From assembly GCA_965112155.1 (NCBI GenBank), contig OZ218103.1: DNA of 64,000 nucleotides. One strand, 5' to 3'. The stretch's first letter is position 1; every line of letters starts with the position of its first letter. A program made the translations under genes and the position numbers. The notes under the pieces are model-generated. The model was not told the origin of the DNA and did no database searches. It saw only the letters and a list, made by a program, of their open reading frames with translations. The DNA is from Podarcis liolepis. Taxonomy: Eukaryota. Of this stretch, positions 63,306-64,000 are shown piece after piece.

Positions 63306-64000
63306 AGACAGGGACAAGAACAAGTGTTTGCACATATTCTGCAATTATTTTTGTCCTGAGCTTCACAAATTTCTTCCAACAATCTGATCTTAAGTTTGCG
63401 GGCAACTAACTATAGGCCTTTCCCCTGTACTGCAGAGAATCAGTACATGGAACTTATATTTAGTTGTAAAATAAAGCCTGTACAAACCTACTCATAGAAA
63501 TGCTACAAAAGCTTGGCTGCATTCTTAAAGTGAATTCTACCATAAAATCTCTTTTAATATATATCTATTCAGGTAAGAGAAAGAAAGAAATAGAACAGAT
63601 AATGAATTTATAAATCTGTATGCTGTATCCTTATGCAATAAGATGCAGCTCCAGTTGGAGAAACAGTTTTAGCACAGCAGGAAGTACAGCAACACTAAGG
63701 ACTGTGAAGGACCTGGTCACTTAATTGTTTCCGCATGATCCCTCCTATGTATGTGGAAAAGCCTATGTGTGGATCTGGCTGTAAGCTTACAGAAATCAGA
63801 AGACATTTCCACAGATGAAGGAACACTTTTGCAACTACAAGAAATGGATGCTGGGCACCATGAGCTATATCCTCATACCATCCAATTTATACTGAGGTTA
63901 TTCTATGCAATCTGATATTGGGGTACAGTGAGTTTAGTGACTAGTAATCAAGTCTGCAAAAGTGCAATATAATTTAGTTTCCTAGGCTGAGCAGTAACAA

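Noticed and set aside
63755-63830. GKAYVWIWL* as a decayed WIGL exon of the nested lectin
   Set aside because: Too short, immediately stopped, with no acceptor or WxW motif; indistinguishable from chance.
1-64000. CRISPR arrays, rRNA, operons or other prokaryotic systems
   Set aside because: The sequence is intron-containing vertebrate DNA; no regularly spaced repeats or rRNA-like tracts were seen.

Overview
Vertebrate genomic DNA, by its repeats a squamate and probably a lacertid-type lizard (inferred from Sauria-type SINEs and Tigger/hAT MITEs). It carries the conserved HPDL(+) - MUTYH(-) - TOE1(+) - TESK2(-) block; I reconstructed the exons by hand with GT-AG boundaries and consistent phases. 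TESK2 is 5'-partial. The ORF track misses two things. (1) A spliced selenoprotein P paralogue (SELENOP2/SelPb type, minus strand, 702-4392). Its in-frame TGA at 4204-4206 forms a UxxC redox motif and is matched by a canonical SECIS hairpin at about 139-211. A possible stem-loop also follows the UGA across the exon junction. (2) A group-V (CLEC2/CD69-like) C-type lectin exon, with a candidate transmembrane exon, nested antisense in a TESK2 intron; its downstream exons are not visible. Other features are a MUTYH/TOE1 bidirectional promoter split by a transposon relic, a probable 5'UTR intron in HPDL, and several TE insertions with intact target-site duplications. I see no evidence of a wholly new system; the nested lectin locus is the least explained element.
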